Source of the DNA: Candidatus Thorarchaeota archaeon
GTDB lineage: Archaea > Asgardarchaeota > Thorarchaeia > Thorarchaeales > Thorarchaeaceae
DNA length: 53,324 nt
Direction of reading: 5' to 3'
Assembly (NCBI GenBank): GCA_048882385.1
Contig: JBHLRQ010000009.1
Span: forward strand, 1 to 53,324
Made by a program: the position numbers and the translations under genes. Positions 1-8,062 of this stretch are shown here, piece after piece; positions within the stretch are counted from its first letter, which is position 1, and each line of letters begins with the position of its first letter. The notes below the pieces were generated by a model. The model was not told the DNA's origin and ran no database searches. It saw only the letters and a list, made by a program, of their open reading frames with translations.

Positions 1-24
1 CTGCAAGTTTTCATTCTGAATCAT

Positions 25-486
25 TCAATCTCCACGAAACTTCTTTCGGGTTTCCTTGAATCGTGTCAGAGGATGATAGTTGAAGATATAGACCAGAACT
101 ATGAATATGAGCCACATCACAAACGCCGCAAAAGCCAATGATTCGAGATTCAAAAGTAGAAACATCAGGATAATAACAATACCAAACATCTGATACATGG
201 CAAATGCAAAGAGTGAAGCAAATTTGGCCGTTCTTGTCATAGGAGGAACATATTCGCAGAAGTACAGTATGTACCAGAAACTCCAACCAATAATGAAGAG
301 AAGAAGTTCAAAGATGAGAGCCAGAAAGAAAAGAATCACTTGGGCAATGAACAGACTTGGATCTGGAAGTTGTGTCACAAGTAATGTGATGACTGTAAAT
401 GTGAAAACAGCAAATAGAGAAGCGATGTTGACACCATTTATCAAGAATGAGATGTAATCTGAATAGTCCCTCTTTTCGGTTGTCAT
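25..486 (-). CDS. Hypothetical integral membrane protein (about 4 TM helices)
   Basis: 153 aa ORF with ATG start, four long hydrophobic stretches and a basic C-terminus; no recognisable family motif. Confidence 0.7.
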   Translation of the reverse strand: MTTEKRDYSDYISFLINGVNIASLFAVFTFTVITLLVTQLPDPSLFIAQVILFFLALIFELLLFIIGWSFWYILYFCEYVPPMTRTAKFASLFAFAMYQMFGIVIILMFLLLNLESLAFAAFVMWLIFIVLVYIFNYHPLTRFKETRKKFRGD

Positions 487-635
487 TTGCGAATACCATT
501 GTTTCGTTTATCGAGCTTCAAAATAAAACCTATGTACGAAATTAGTAATTCTGGAATTTTGCGGGATGATGTTTCCAGATGGATTTTTTAAGGTAGTTTA
601 GCACAGGGCTCAAGGTTGTTAGAGGAGAGATTGAA

Positions 636-1721
636 ATGGGTACTGATGTCTACAGAACACTCCAGATGCACCTTGACAGTATGCCAGCTGGATTTCCTGC
701 CACAAAGTCTGGTGTTGAAATTAGGATTCTAAAACAGCTTTTCTCACCAGAGGAGGCGAAGTTGGCTATCCAAATGAAATACTCCACGTATCCGAATGAG
801 CCCTTGGAGAGTATATTTAATCGTTTGAAGGAAACTGGTCTATCTTTAGAAGAACTGGAAGAAAGACTTGGCACAATGGCGAAGAAGGGATTAATTCACT
901 CCAAGTCAGAGGCAGGTCAAAAGTTCTATAGTGGTGCTCAATGGGTTGTAGGCATTTATGAGTTCCAAGTGAACAAACTGACCAAAGAGCTTTCGGATGA
1001 CATCCATCAATATAACAACGAGGCTTTTGGGAGAAACCTGTTCAGTGCCCGACCAACTCAATTGAGAGTCATCCCCATTGGAAAAAGCATCAAACCAGAA
1101 GACGGGGTCGCAAGCTATGACGATTTTCGTGCGATGCTTTCAGAAATCGATGGACCATTCATGGTGACTAGTTGTATCTGTCGTCAACGGAAAAATCTTG
1201 CTGAGTCTTCATGTAAGGTTACTGAGAGAGAGGAGACCTGTATTTCATTCGGGGTCATTGCACAAATGTACATTGACCAAGGGTGGGGTCGTGAAATAAG
1301 TAGGGATGAGCTGTTTGAGATAATAGAAATGAATGAACGAGAGGGTCTGGTGTTACAGCCTAGCAATTCTCAGAAACCGGATTTCATTTGTTCCTGCTGT
1401 GGTTGTTGTTGCGGTCTTCTTCGCGGGAAAGGAGCCATGCCCAAACCGGTTGATTATTTCTCAACAAACTATCATTCTGTAGTCGATCTTGACCTTTGCA
1501 CATCTTGTGGGACATGTGTAGAGCTTTGCCAAATGAGAGCATTGGGTTTCCAAGAGGATGTTCTAACCATTAACATGGACAGATGCATAGGATGTGGAGT
1601 TTGTGTAGCAAATTGTCCCGAAGAAGCAATGAGTCTTCACAAGCGCGATAAAGAGATAGTTCCACCTAAAACAATGGAGGTAACATTCTCACGCATCGCT
1701 GATAATAGACTGCAAACGTAG
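636..1721 (+). CDS. 4Fe-4S dicluster domain protein (N-terminal wHTH-like region, Cys-rich middle, C-terminal 2x[4Fe-4S] ferredoxin)
   Basis: CICR and CSCCGCCC motifs, plus CTSCGTCVELC and CIGCGVCVANCP ferredoxin motifs; GAGGAG SD upstream. Confidence 0.85.
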   Translation: MGTDVYRTLQMHLDSMPAGFPATKSGVEIRILKQLFSPEEAKLAIQMKYSTYPNEPLESIFNRLKETGLSLEELEERLGTMAKKGLIHSKSEAGQKFYSGAQWVVGIYEFQVNKLTKELSDDIHQYNNEAFGRNLFSARPTQLRVIPIGKSIKPEDGVASYDDFRAMLSEIDGPFMVTSCICRQRKNLAESSCKVTEREETCISFGVIAQMYIDQGWGREISRDELFEIIEMNEREGLVLQPSNSQKPDFICSCCGCCCGLLRGKGAMPKPVDYFSTNYHSVVDLDLCTSCGTCVELCQMRALGFQEDVLTINMDRCIGCGVCVANCPEEAMSLHKRDKEIVPPKTMEVTFSRIADNRLQT

Positions 1722-1801
1722 ACTGATTTTGTATCTGTCACAAGTCATATAACGGAGCCTTATTTAGCGGCCGACGTCTTCAGGATAAGGAGGCTCCAAG
1801 T

Positions 1802-3124
1802 TTGAGCGACCACAAGAAGCTTTACGATCAAGTTTTCAGTTTGATAGAATCTCATGACGATTGGATGAGTAAAACACTCAATCTCATCGCCTCAGAGAAT
1901 GTGTCATCACCAGCCGTCAGGTCAGCAATTGTATGCGATTTCCGCGACCGTTATGCAGAGGGGTGGCCCGGCGAGCGTGTCTATGCTGGATGCAAATACA
2001 TTGATGAGGTAGAACTCATCACGATTGATCTAGCAAAGAAGCTGTTCAAGGCGGATTTTGCAGATGTGCGACCAATATCAGGTGTAGTAGCGAATCTAGC
2101 AATGTATACTGCAGCAATGGAACCAATGGAGAGGATGATGGCATTATCCATTGCTCATGGCGGACACATCTCACATGCACGAGCTAATCTTGGTGGAACT
2201 GCAGGTGCAATAAGAGGACACAAGGTTCGAAACTGGATCTTTGATGATAGAGAATTCAATATCGATGTTGATGCAAGTATTGATCTCATAAAGAAGCTTC
2301 AAGAAAAGGGTGATGAAATTAAGTTCCTTCTCTTCGGAGGAAGTGTGTTTCCGTTCCCACACCCTGTCAAAGAGTTTCGTGACATTGCTGATGAATTTGG
2401 AATGACTATTGGCTATGACTCTGCTCATGTATCTGGTTTGATTGCACAAGGACTCTTTCAAGATCCTTTGAGAGAAGGTGCAGACATAATGACTGCATCA
2501 ACTCACAAGACAATGCCAGGACCTCAGCACGGAATTGTACTAGCCAAGGAGGAGTTTGCAGAAGCCATCAAGAGAGCTTCATTCCCAGGACTACTGAGTA
2601 ATCATCATCTTCACAATGTGGCAGGTCTCGCTGTCGTCTTGGCAGAGATGACAGAGTTTGGCGAAGCATATATGAAACAGATTCTGAAGAATGCAAAGGC
2701 TTTGGCTCAGGCACTTCATGAGAGGGGTTGGAGTGTTATTGCAGAGCACAAGGGCTTCACAGAGTCACATGTGATTCTAGTCGATATAACTGAAACGCCA
2801 CTGAAGGACGGAGCCACTGTAGAAGAAGAGCTCGAGGACGCGAACATCATACTCAACAGGAATCTCCTACCATGGGACAAGAAACGTGGCAGGGACTACA
2901 AGACTCCTGGAGGAATTCGACTTGGCACTAGTGAGCTGACCAGGTTGGGAATGAAGGAGTCGGAGATGAATGCTGTTGCTGAGTTCATGCATCGTTTAGT
3001 TATGAAAGGTGAGAAGAAGGAGAAGATTGCGGCAGAGGTTGCAGAGTTCCGTAAGGACTATCAGAAAGTGCACTATGCTTTTGATACAGAAACAGACGCT
3101 TATGCCCATCTACGGTTCATGTAG
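1802..3124 (+). CDS. glyA: Serine hydroxymethyltransferase (archaeal type)
   Basis: LNLIASEN, YAEGWPGERVYAG, GGHISH, PLP-Lys motif STHKTMPGPQHG, GIRLGT; TTG start after AGGAGG. Confidence 0.96.
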   Translation: MSDHKKLYDQVFSLIESHDDWMSKTLNLIASENVSSPAVRSAIVCDFRDRYAEGWPGERVYAGCKYIDEVELITIDLAKKLFKADFADVRPISGVVANLAMYTAAMEPMERMMALSIAHGGHISHARANLGGTAGAIRGHKVRNWIFDDREFNIDVDASIDLIKKLQEKGDEIKFLLFGGSVFPFPHPVKEFRDIADEFGMTIGYDSAHVSGLIAQGLFQDPLREGADIMTASTHKTMPGPQHGIVLAKEEFAEAIKRASFPGLLSNHHLHNVAGLAVVLAEMTEFGEAYMKQILKNAKALAQALHERGWSVIAEHKGFTESHVILVDITETPLKDGATVEEELEDANIILNRNLLPWDKKRGRDYKTPGGIRLGTSELTRLGMKESEMNAVAEFMHRLVMKGEKKEKIAAEVAEFRKDYQKVHYAFDTETDAYAHLRFM

Positions 3125-3161
3125 GATCCGTGAATGGACAGGATCATTCGAGGGATTTCTA

Positions 3162-3449
3162 TTGGACACCAAAGAAGCACAAGATATGATGCGCAGAATC
3201 TATTTGAAACGCGACAGAGCCCGTGGCGTGAAGGGGACCCTGAACAGGACCGTTGAAGAGCTTGAGGAGCTGAGAGAAGCGATTCGGAACAGAAACTCTG
3301 AGTCAATCTCAGATGAGGTTGGGGACGTGTTCGCCTGGCTGTGTTCCCTAGCAAATCTGTTGGAAATTGATCTCTCTGAGGCTCTATACAAGAAGTACAG
3401 CAATGTCTGTTCGAAATGTAAGAAATCACCCTGTGAGTGCCCTGAATAG
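3162..3449 (+). CDS. MazG-like nucleotide pyrophosphohydrolase with C-terminal Cys cluster
   Basis: EELEEL...DEVGDVFAWLCSLAN all-alpha NTP-PPase motif and CSKCKKSPCEC tail; start moved from the 3009 track call to TTG 3162 to avoid overlap with glyA. Confidence 0.85.
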   Translation: MDTKEAQDMMRRIYLKRDRARGVKGTLNRTVEELEELREAIRNRNSESISDEVGDVFAWLCSLANLLEIDLSEALYKKYSNVCSKCKKSPCECPE

Positions 3450-3464
3450 CTCGCTCACAAGATT

Positions 3465-4418
3465 CTATTTGATTGACGCCTTTAGTCGGTCATAAAGATC
3501 TTCGACTGGACTTTTCTGGTTGTTCGCGGGTTTCATTAGAAATGCCAACTCAATCTCTCGACCAAATACAGGCTTGATTAGTTTTGAACCACTCAGTAGG
3601 TCTTTCCTTTCATATAATGCGGGTCTATTGTAGAGATGTTCGCCACTGAACTCCAAGACTCTCATACTCTTTGGTAGCTGTAATTTCACCCTACCTTTCT
3701 TCTTGACCTTCTCAAAATCGCTGAGATCTAGGTAGTCAATGCTTCCATAGTAGGGGTGCTCGAAGAGGTCTGTGTATTGAAGACATATACTCCTAGTTTT
3801 TGCAGTCATTGGTATATTAACTGCAACACCCGGATGAACCATTACACTGGCGCTTGATGACCGCCTTAGACGAGATGCATCATCAAATCCTACTAGGACA
3901 AGTCGTTTGTTTGTGACAATGACTCCAGGACCCTTGTTCTTGCCGACTGGGTTAATGACAGAAAAGGCGCTGCATGCATATTCTATGTCTTCGTCAGGCT
4001 GGAGAATACGCTTGGCAATATCAATGATCATTGCTACTGTTATTGGGTCAGACTTCTCAATGCCAAGACCTACAGGGTGCTCAAATTCAACCTCGAAGTT
4101 TCTCTCGGATAGAATCTCGGAAATCATGGGGACTATTGGAAACATCCCTTCGAGCCCAATGCTCGGGTATCCTCTACAGAGAAGCTCGACTCCCAAGTTG
4201 AACAACTGTTGATTAGATTCGTCATCTGATGTACCTGTTATTTCACGAAAGTAGTTAGTTATTGCTTCTTCGAGCTGCTCAAGCCCTTTTTCTTCTGTTG
4301 ACATCAACTTGAATTGTAAATCATATTCGCCTGCAACCTGAAATCTCTCACAGAGTTCTCTAAGAGTGTCAGTATACTGCTTAACTCTTTCAACTACACT
4401 ATCATACTCACCCACCAC
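3465..4418 (-). CDS. Hypothetical protein, possible PH-like beta domain in C-terminal half
   Basis: 317 aa ORF with GTG start; GVIVTNKRLVLV resembles the xxTNKR strand of bacterial PH-like domains (weak). Confidence 0.6.
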   Translation of the reverse strand: MVGEYDSVVERVKQYTDTLRELCERFQVAGEYDLQFKLMSTEEKGLEQLEEAITNYFREITGTSDDESNQQLFNLGVELLCRGYPSIGLEGMFPIVPMISEILSERNFEVEFEHPVGLGIEKSDPITVAMIIDIAKRILQPDEDIEYACSAFSVINPVGKNKGPGVIVTNKRLVLVGFDDASRLRRSSSASVMVHPGVAVNIPMTAKTRSICLQYTDLFEHPYYGSIDYLDLSDFEKVKKKGRVKLQLPKSMRVLEFSGEHLYNRPALYERKDLLSGSKLIKPVFGREIELAFLMKPANNQKSPVEDLYDRLKASIK

Positions 4419-4648
4419 GACACCATCTCCAGCATGTTAGTGACTCCTTCTTTAGAACATAACTTCAAGATAAGTTTTGACTGGAGATCCTTTTCTATGG
4501 TCTGCTTTGAACTCGCGGTGGACAGATCCAAGCCTAGCAGTCCTTCTTTCATTCAAACAAAAACGGACTTGTTTCACATCCCCTACGCATCCTGATGATT
4601 TGAATAATGATGACATTGTGAAGGCTAGTAAGTTACCATTGTTCAAAC

Positions 4649-4969
4649 ATGAAAAAACGTCAAGAGCAACTAGAAGAAGCTGAGATTCTGGAACGTCAGA
4701 TAAAACGACTTCAAAATCCGAATCTACACAAGGTTACAGTTGCTGTACTCTCGTGGGGGAATGACATCGAATCGGTAGATCATGACACGCGCCGGATTGC
4801 AGGAGCTCTTGTGGGAGGTCTGCGCCCAGACAATGAGCAGGATGAGTTTCGAATCGAGTACAAGAGAAAACGAAAAGACATTGAGAGGCTCATGAGTAGT
4901 CTTCCTGTTGGAAGTTCTTCTATTCTGTCTTCAGACCAAGTAGCAGGATACATGATCTTGATTATGTAG
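4649..4969 (+). CDS. Hypothetical protein or gene remnant
   Basis: 106 aa ORF with protein-like composition and no motif; preceded by an overlapping out-of-frame short ORF (4477-4683). Confidence 0.4.
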   Translation: MKKRQEQLEEAEILERQIKRLQNPNLHKVTVAVLSWGNDIESVDHDTRRIAGALVGGLRPDNEQDEFRIEYKRKRKDIERLMSSLPVGSSSILSSDQVAGYMILIM

Positions 4970-5138
4970 ACTGTGGATTAATTGAAATTCTTCAACTAAT
5001 GGAGACAGCTCTCACATCCTTTTTCTTTTCCTGCTCTTTGGCATGGTATGTTCATTACAATTCTTCCAGTAGCCTTTGCCTTTGAACATGTGTTTAATAA
5101 GAAATGTTAAACCAATATGAATTTGCGAGTGCAGATCC

Positions 5139-6050
5139 ATGATTATAGAAGCCGAATTTTCATCTGAAGGCGCGACCCTAAGAGGAGTGCTTTTCCTCCC
5201 GGAATCTCAAAAACAGAAACCTCCAATCGTCATTATGGCTCATGGAACGTCAGCTACGGTAAACATGGTGATAGACAAGTATGCAGAGGTGTTCTGTAGG
5301 AACGGTCTAGCAGTCCTACTTTACGACCACCGCAACTTTGGAAGGAGCGGAGGTGAGCCAAGACAGGAGATTAATCCATGGGTGCAATGTAGAGGCTACC
5401 GTGATGCTATGAACTTCGCTGAGAAACGAGAAGACATCGACACAAACCGATTTGCACTTTGGGGTGACAGCTATACAGGCGGGCAGGTTATCATTCTAAG
5501 CTCTATCGACAAGCGGGTAAAGGCCATCGTCGCTCAGGTACCTGTCTGTGGAGAGAAACCACCCCCTGTCGAACCAAATAGGGACAACTTCGAAACCATC
5601 AAAGACACATTCTTGCATGGTGACGTCCGTGGCTCTCCCGAAACCACAACCGGTCCAATCCCAGTTGTATCATTTGATCAGATGAGCTCACCATCGCTAC
5701 TAAAGCCGATTCAGGCTTTTCGTTGGTTTATGGATTATGGAGGGCGCCCAGGCAGTCAGTGGATTAATAGAGTAACGCGTGTAATACCAGAAACGCCGAT
5801 GCCTTTCCACCCGATGCTTTGTGCGCCATTCGTCACAGCACCCACTTTGATGATGGTAGCACCGGAAGACGAGATGGTCCATGCAGACTATTCTGTCGCG
5901 AGGCAAGCATACGACCTTATACCTAGCCCCAAGCAGTGGTATGATATCGGTGGCGGACATTTCGGACTTCTCTATCACCCGAGTGAGCTATTCAACGAGG
6001 CGAGTCAAGTTCAGGCTAGATTTTTCAAGAAATGGCTCTCGACTAGTTAA
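5139..6050 (+). CDS. Alpha/beta hydrolase (CocE/S15, FrsA-like family)
   Basis: IVIMAHG, YDHRNFGRSGGEPRQ, nucleophile elbow WGDSYTGG, EDEMV, GGHF catalytic His. Confidence 0.9.
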   Translation: MIIEAEFSSEGATLRGVLFLPESQKQKPPIVIMAHGTSATVNMVIDKYAEVFCRNGLAVLLYDHRNFGRSGGEPRQEINPWVQCRGYRDAMNFAEKREDIDTNRFALWGDSYTGGQVIILSSIDKRVKAIVAQVPVCGEKPPPVEPNRDNFETIKDTFLHGDVRGSPETTTGPIPVVSFDQMSSPSLLKPIQAFRWFMDYGGRPGSQWINRVTRVIPETPMPFHPMLCAPFVTAPTLMMVAPEDEMVHADYSVARQAYDLIPSPKQWYDIGGGHFGLLYHPSELFNEASQVQARFFKKWLSTS

Positions 6051-6222
6051 GTCAATCAAGTGCGTAGGCTTAGATGGTGTGTGCTCTCTGGTCAATCTGC
6101 TCGATATCAATCGGTACACAAGAGTAGATATCGACTCTTGTGAATAGACTCCCTCTTCTACAATTAGAAGAGTTAATAAACCTCACCGGGTGAGGACAGC
6201 CATCCTCTATGTATGGTGATTA

Positions 6223-6420
6223 ATGATGCCTAAGACTGCTAAGAAGAGAAGAAAGAAACGCGGAGAGGGCCCAATGCCATCGGGAGGCGCGGGCTTAATC
6301 AGATTCTTCGAAGACGAGACCCCAGGCATCAAGGTAGGGCCCACATTGGTTGTGATTCTAGCAGGGATACTTGTGATTGCAACTGTGATTGCACACATAG
6401 CAACACTAGGTGGATCCTAA
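6223..6420 (+). CDS. sec61b: Preprotein translocase subunit Sec61beta
   Basis: Basic N-terminus, GAGLIRFFEDET-PGIKVGP signature, single C-terminal TM. Confidence 0.92.
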   Translation: MMPKTAKKRRKKRGEGPMPSGGAGLIRFFEDETPGIKVGPTLVVILAGILVIATVIAHIATLGGS

Positions 6421-6510
6421 ACTACGCAATCAATTGTTCAGAGTGAACATGCCCTAAGGATTATAAAGAAACCAGGGCCGGGTGGCTCGGCAAGGACTGG
6501 TGACTGTCAA

Positions 6511-6792
6511 ATGAAAATAAAGAGCGAACTGAACAAATACTGTCCCAGATGCAAAAAGCATACTGAGCACTCCGTATCCATAGAAAAGGCAGGAAAGAGG
6601 AGGAGCATGGCAGAGGGTGAACGTCGGATGGATCGGAAGAAGAGAGGCTATGGATCATTTCCAAAAGCAATTCAAAAGAGGTTCGCCAAGACTACTAAAA
6701 AGACTGTCCTGAAGCTCAAATGCAAGGAATGTGACCACATTATCCAGTCCAAGAGCATACGCATGAAAAAGGTCGAGGTTCAAAGGGCGTAG
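6511..6792 (+). CDS. rpl44e: 50S ribosomal protein L44e (eL42)
   Basis: YCPRCKKHTEH...GYG...KTTKK.VLKLKCKEC; canonical operon position. Confidence 0.96.
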   Translation: MKIKSELNKYCPRCKKHTEHSVSIEKAGKRRSMAEGERRMDRKKRGYGSFPKAIQKRFAKTTKKTVLKLKCKECDHIIQSKSIRMKKVEVQRA

Positions 6793-6801
6793 GTGATTTT
6801 G

Positions 6802-7002
6802 ATGCCAAAGGGAGATATCGTTCAACAACCAAAATCGCGGTTTCTAAAGGTCAAGTGTCTAGACTGCGAAAATGAGCAGATTATTTTTGGGCATGCTTCC
6901 ACAGAAGTAAAATGCCTGAAGTGTGAGAAGGTTCTAGCAAAACCCAGCGGCGGAAAAGCTAAACTGGAGCCAATTGCTAGGGAAATTGAAGTCCTTCCAT
7001 AG
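6802..7002 (+). CDS. rps27e: 30S ribosomal protein S27e
   Basis: [20 protein letters not shown]...CLKC...PSGGKA; ATG 6802 follows GGTGA SD. Confidence 0.96.
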   Translation: MPKGDIVQQPKSRFLKVKCLDCENEQIIFGHASTEVKCLKCEKVLAKPSGGKAKLEPIAREIEVLP

Positions 7003-7015
7003 GATGTAATTAAAA

Positions 7016-7810
7016 ATGGTCCTGAAACGTGCTGAGTGGCCACTGCCAGATGAGTATGCTATTGCAGTAGCAACTAAAGTAGCAAATTATGGAGCATATG
7101 TCATCCTACCAGAGTTTGGAGATAAAGAGGGCTTTATTCACATCTCAGAGATTAGTAGCACATGGGTAAGGAATATCCGAAATCACATTCATGAAAATCA
7201 GCGCGTTGTTGTAAAGGTCTTGAAAGTTGATACCGATAAGATGCACATTGATTGCTCTCTCAGAAGAGTATCTACTGAAGCTAAAAGGACCAAAAACAAT
7301 GAATGGAAAAGGGCACAGAAAGCTGAGAAGCTTCTAGAACTCATTGCTAAAGAGAATGAAATGACACTTGAACAGGTCTACGAGAAAATTGGTTGGCCAA
7401 TTGAAGACGTCTTTGGGGAGATATACAAAGGGCTTGAGCTAGCATCTGACGGTGGCGTTGATGTATTCGAAGAAGTTGCTGCGACAAAGAAGCTTCGAAA
7501 ACAGGTTGCGGATTTAGCGCAGCAGCGAATTGAGATCCCGTCCGTTGAGATTGATGGAGAAATGACAATCACAGTACCTGGCCCAAACGGAGTGGAAATC
7601 ATCAAGAAAGCTTTGTCCACAGGTCTTGTAGAAGGGAAGAAAAACGAAAAGTCTACCACAGAGATCTATACACTTGGTTCACCTCGTTACAAGCTTAGAA
7701 TTGTTAGTCCGGACTATAGGGAGGCAGAAGACATACTCTCCAACATTCTTGGTCTGATAACAAAGACCATCGAGAGTAATTCTGGAAATATCAGTTTTGT
7801 ACGAAAGTAG
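7016..7810 (+). CDS. eif2a: Translation initiation factor aIF2 alpha subunit
   Basis: S1 domain YGAYV..EGFIHISEISSTWVRNIR, HIDCSLRRV, GSPRY; operon context. Confidence 0.96.
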   Translation: MVLKRAEWPLPDEYAIAVATKVANYGAYVILPEFGDKEGFIHISEISSTWVRNIRNHIHENQRVVVKVLKVDTDKMHIDCSLRRVSTEAKRTKNNEWKRAQKAEKLLELIAKENEMTLEQVYEKIGWPIEDVFGEIYKGLELASDGGVDVFEEVAATKKLRKQVADLAQQRIEIPSVEIDGEMTITVPGPNGVEIIKKALSTGLVEGKKNEKSTTEIYTLGSPRYKLRIVSPDYREAEDILSNILGLITKTIESNSGNISFVRK

Positions 7811-7819
7811 GGGTCTGAA

Positions 7820-7996
7820 ATGACTCATCTCTATAAATGTCAGAAATGTGGAGAATACACACTTGATCAAAAGAGATGTCCAAAGTGTGGAGGTTCTGTA
7901 GCTAGTCCCAAACCCCCTAAATTCAGTCCACAAGACAAGTACGGAACCTATAGGCGAAAAGCAAAACGAAAGACACGTGAACATTCTGCAAAATAA
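7820..7996 (+). CDS. nop10: H/ACA RNP protein Nop10 (58 aa, below ORF-track cutoff)
   Basis: Hand translation MTHLYKCQKCGEYTLDQKRCPKCGGSVASPKPPKFSPQDKYGTYRR...; zinc ribbon plus PPKFSPxDKY signature; follows aIF2a as in the conserved archaeal operon. Confidence 0.95.
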   Translation: MTHLYKCQKCGEYTLDQKRCPKCGGSVASPKPPKFSPQDKYGTYRRKAKRKTREHSAK

Positions 7997-8010
7997 TCAG
8001 ATGTGGTTTA

Positions 8011-8060
8011 GAAAAGAGAACGTGGCGATTGATTCTGATTCAATCGCCAGTCTTGTTTGT
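8011..8060. terminator. Putative bidirectional hairpin terminator between convergent nop10 and aglB
   Basis: TGGCGATTGA (8023-8032) / TCAATCGCCA (8040-8049) perfect 10-bp stem, 7-nt loop, A-rich left flank and T-rich right flank. Confidence 0.6.
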
Positions 8061-8062
8061 TG

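Noticed and set aside
4590-4690. Possible box C/D sRNA (two TGATGA words)
   Set aside because: No properly spaced D'/D (CTGA) boxes or terminal stem
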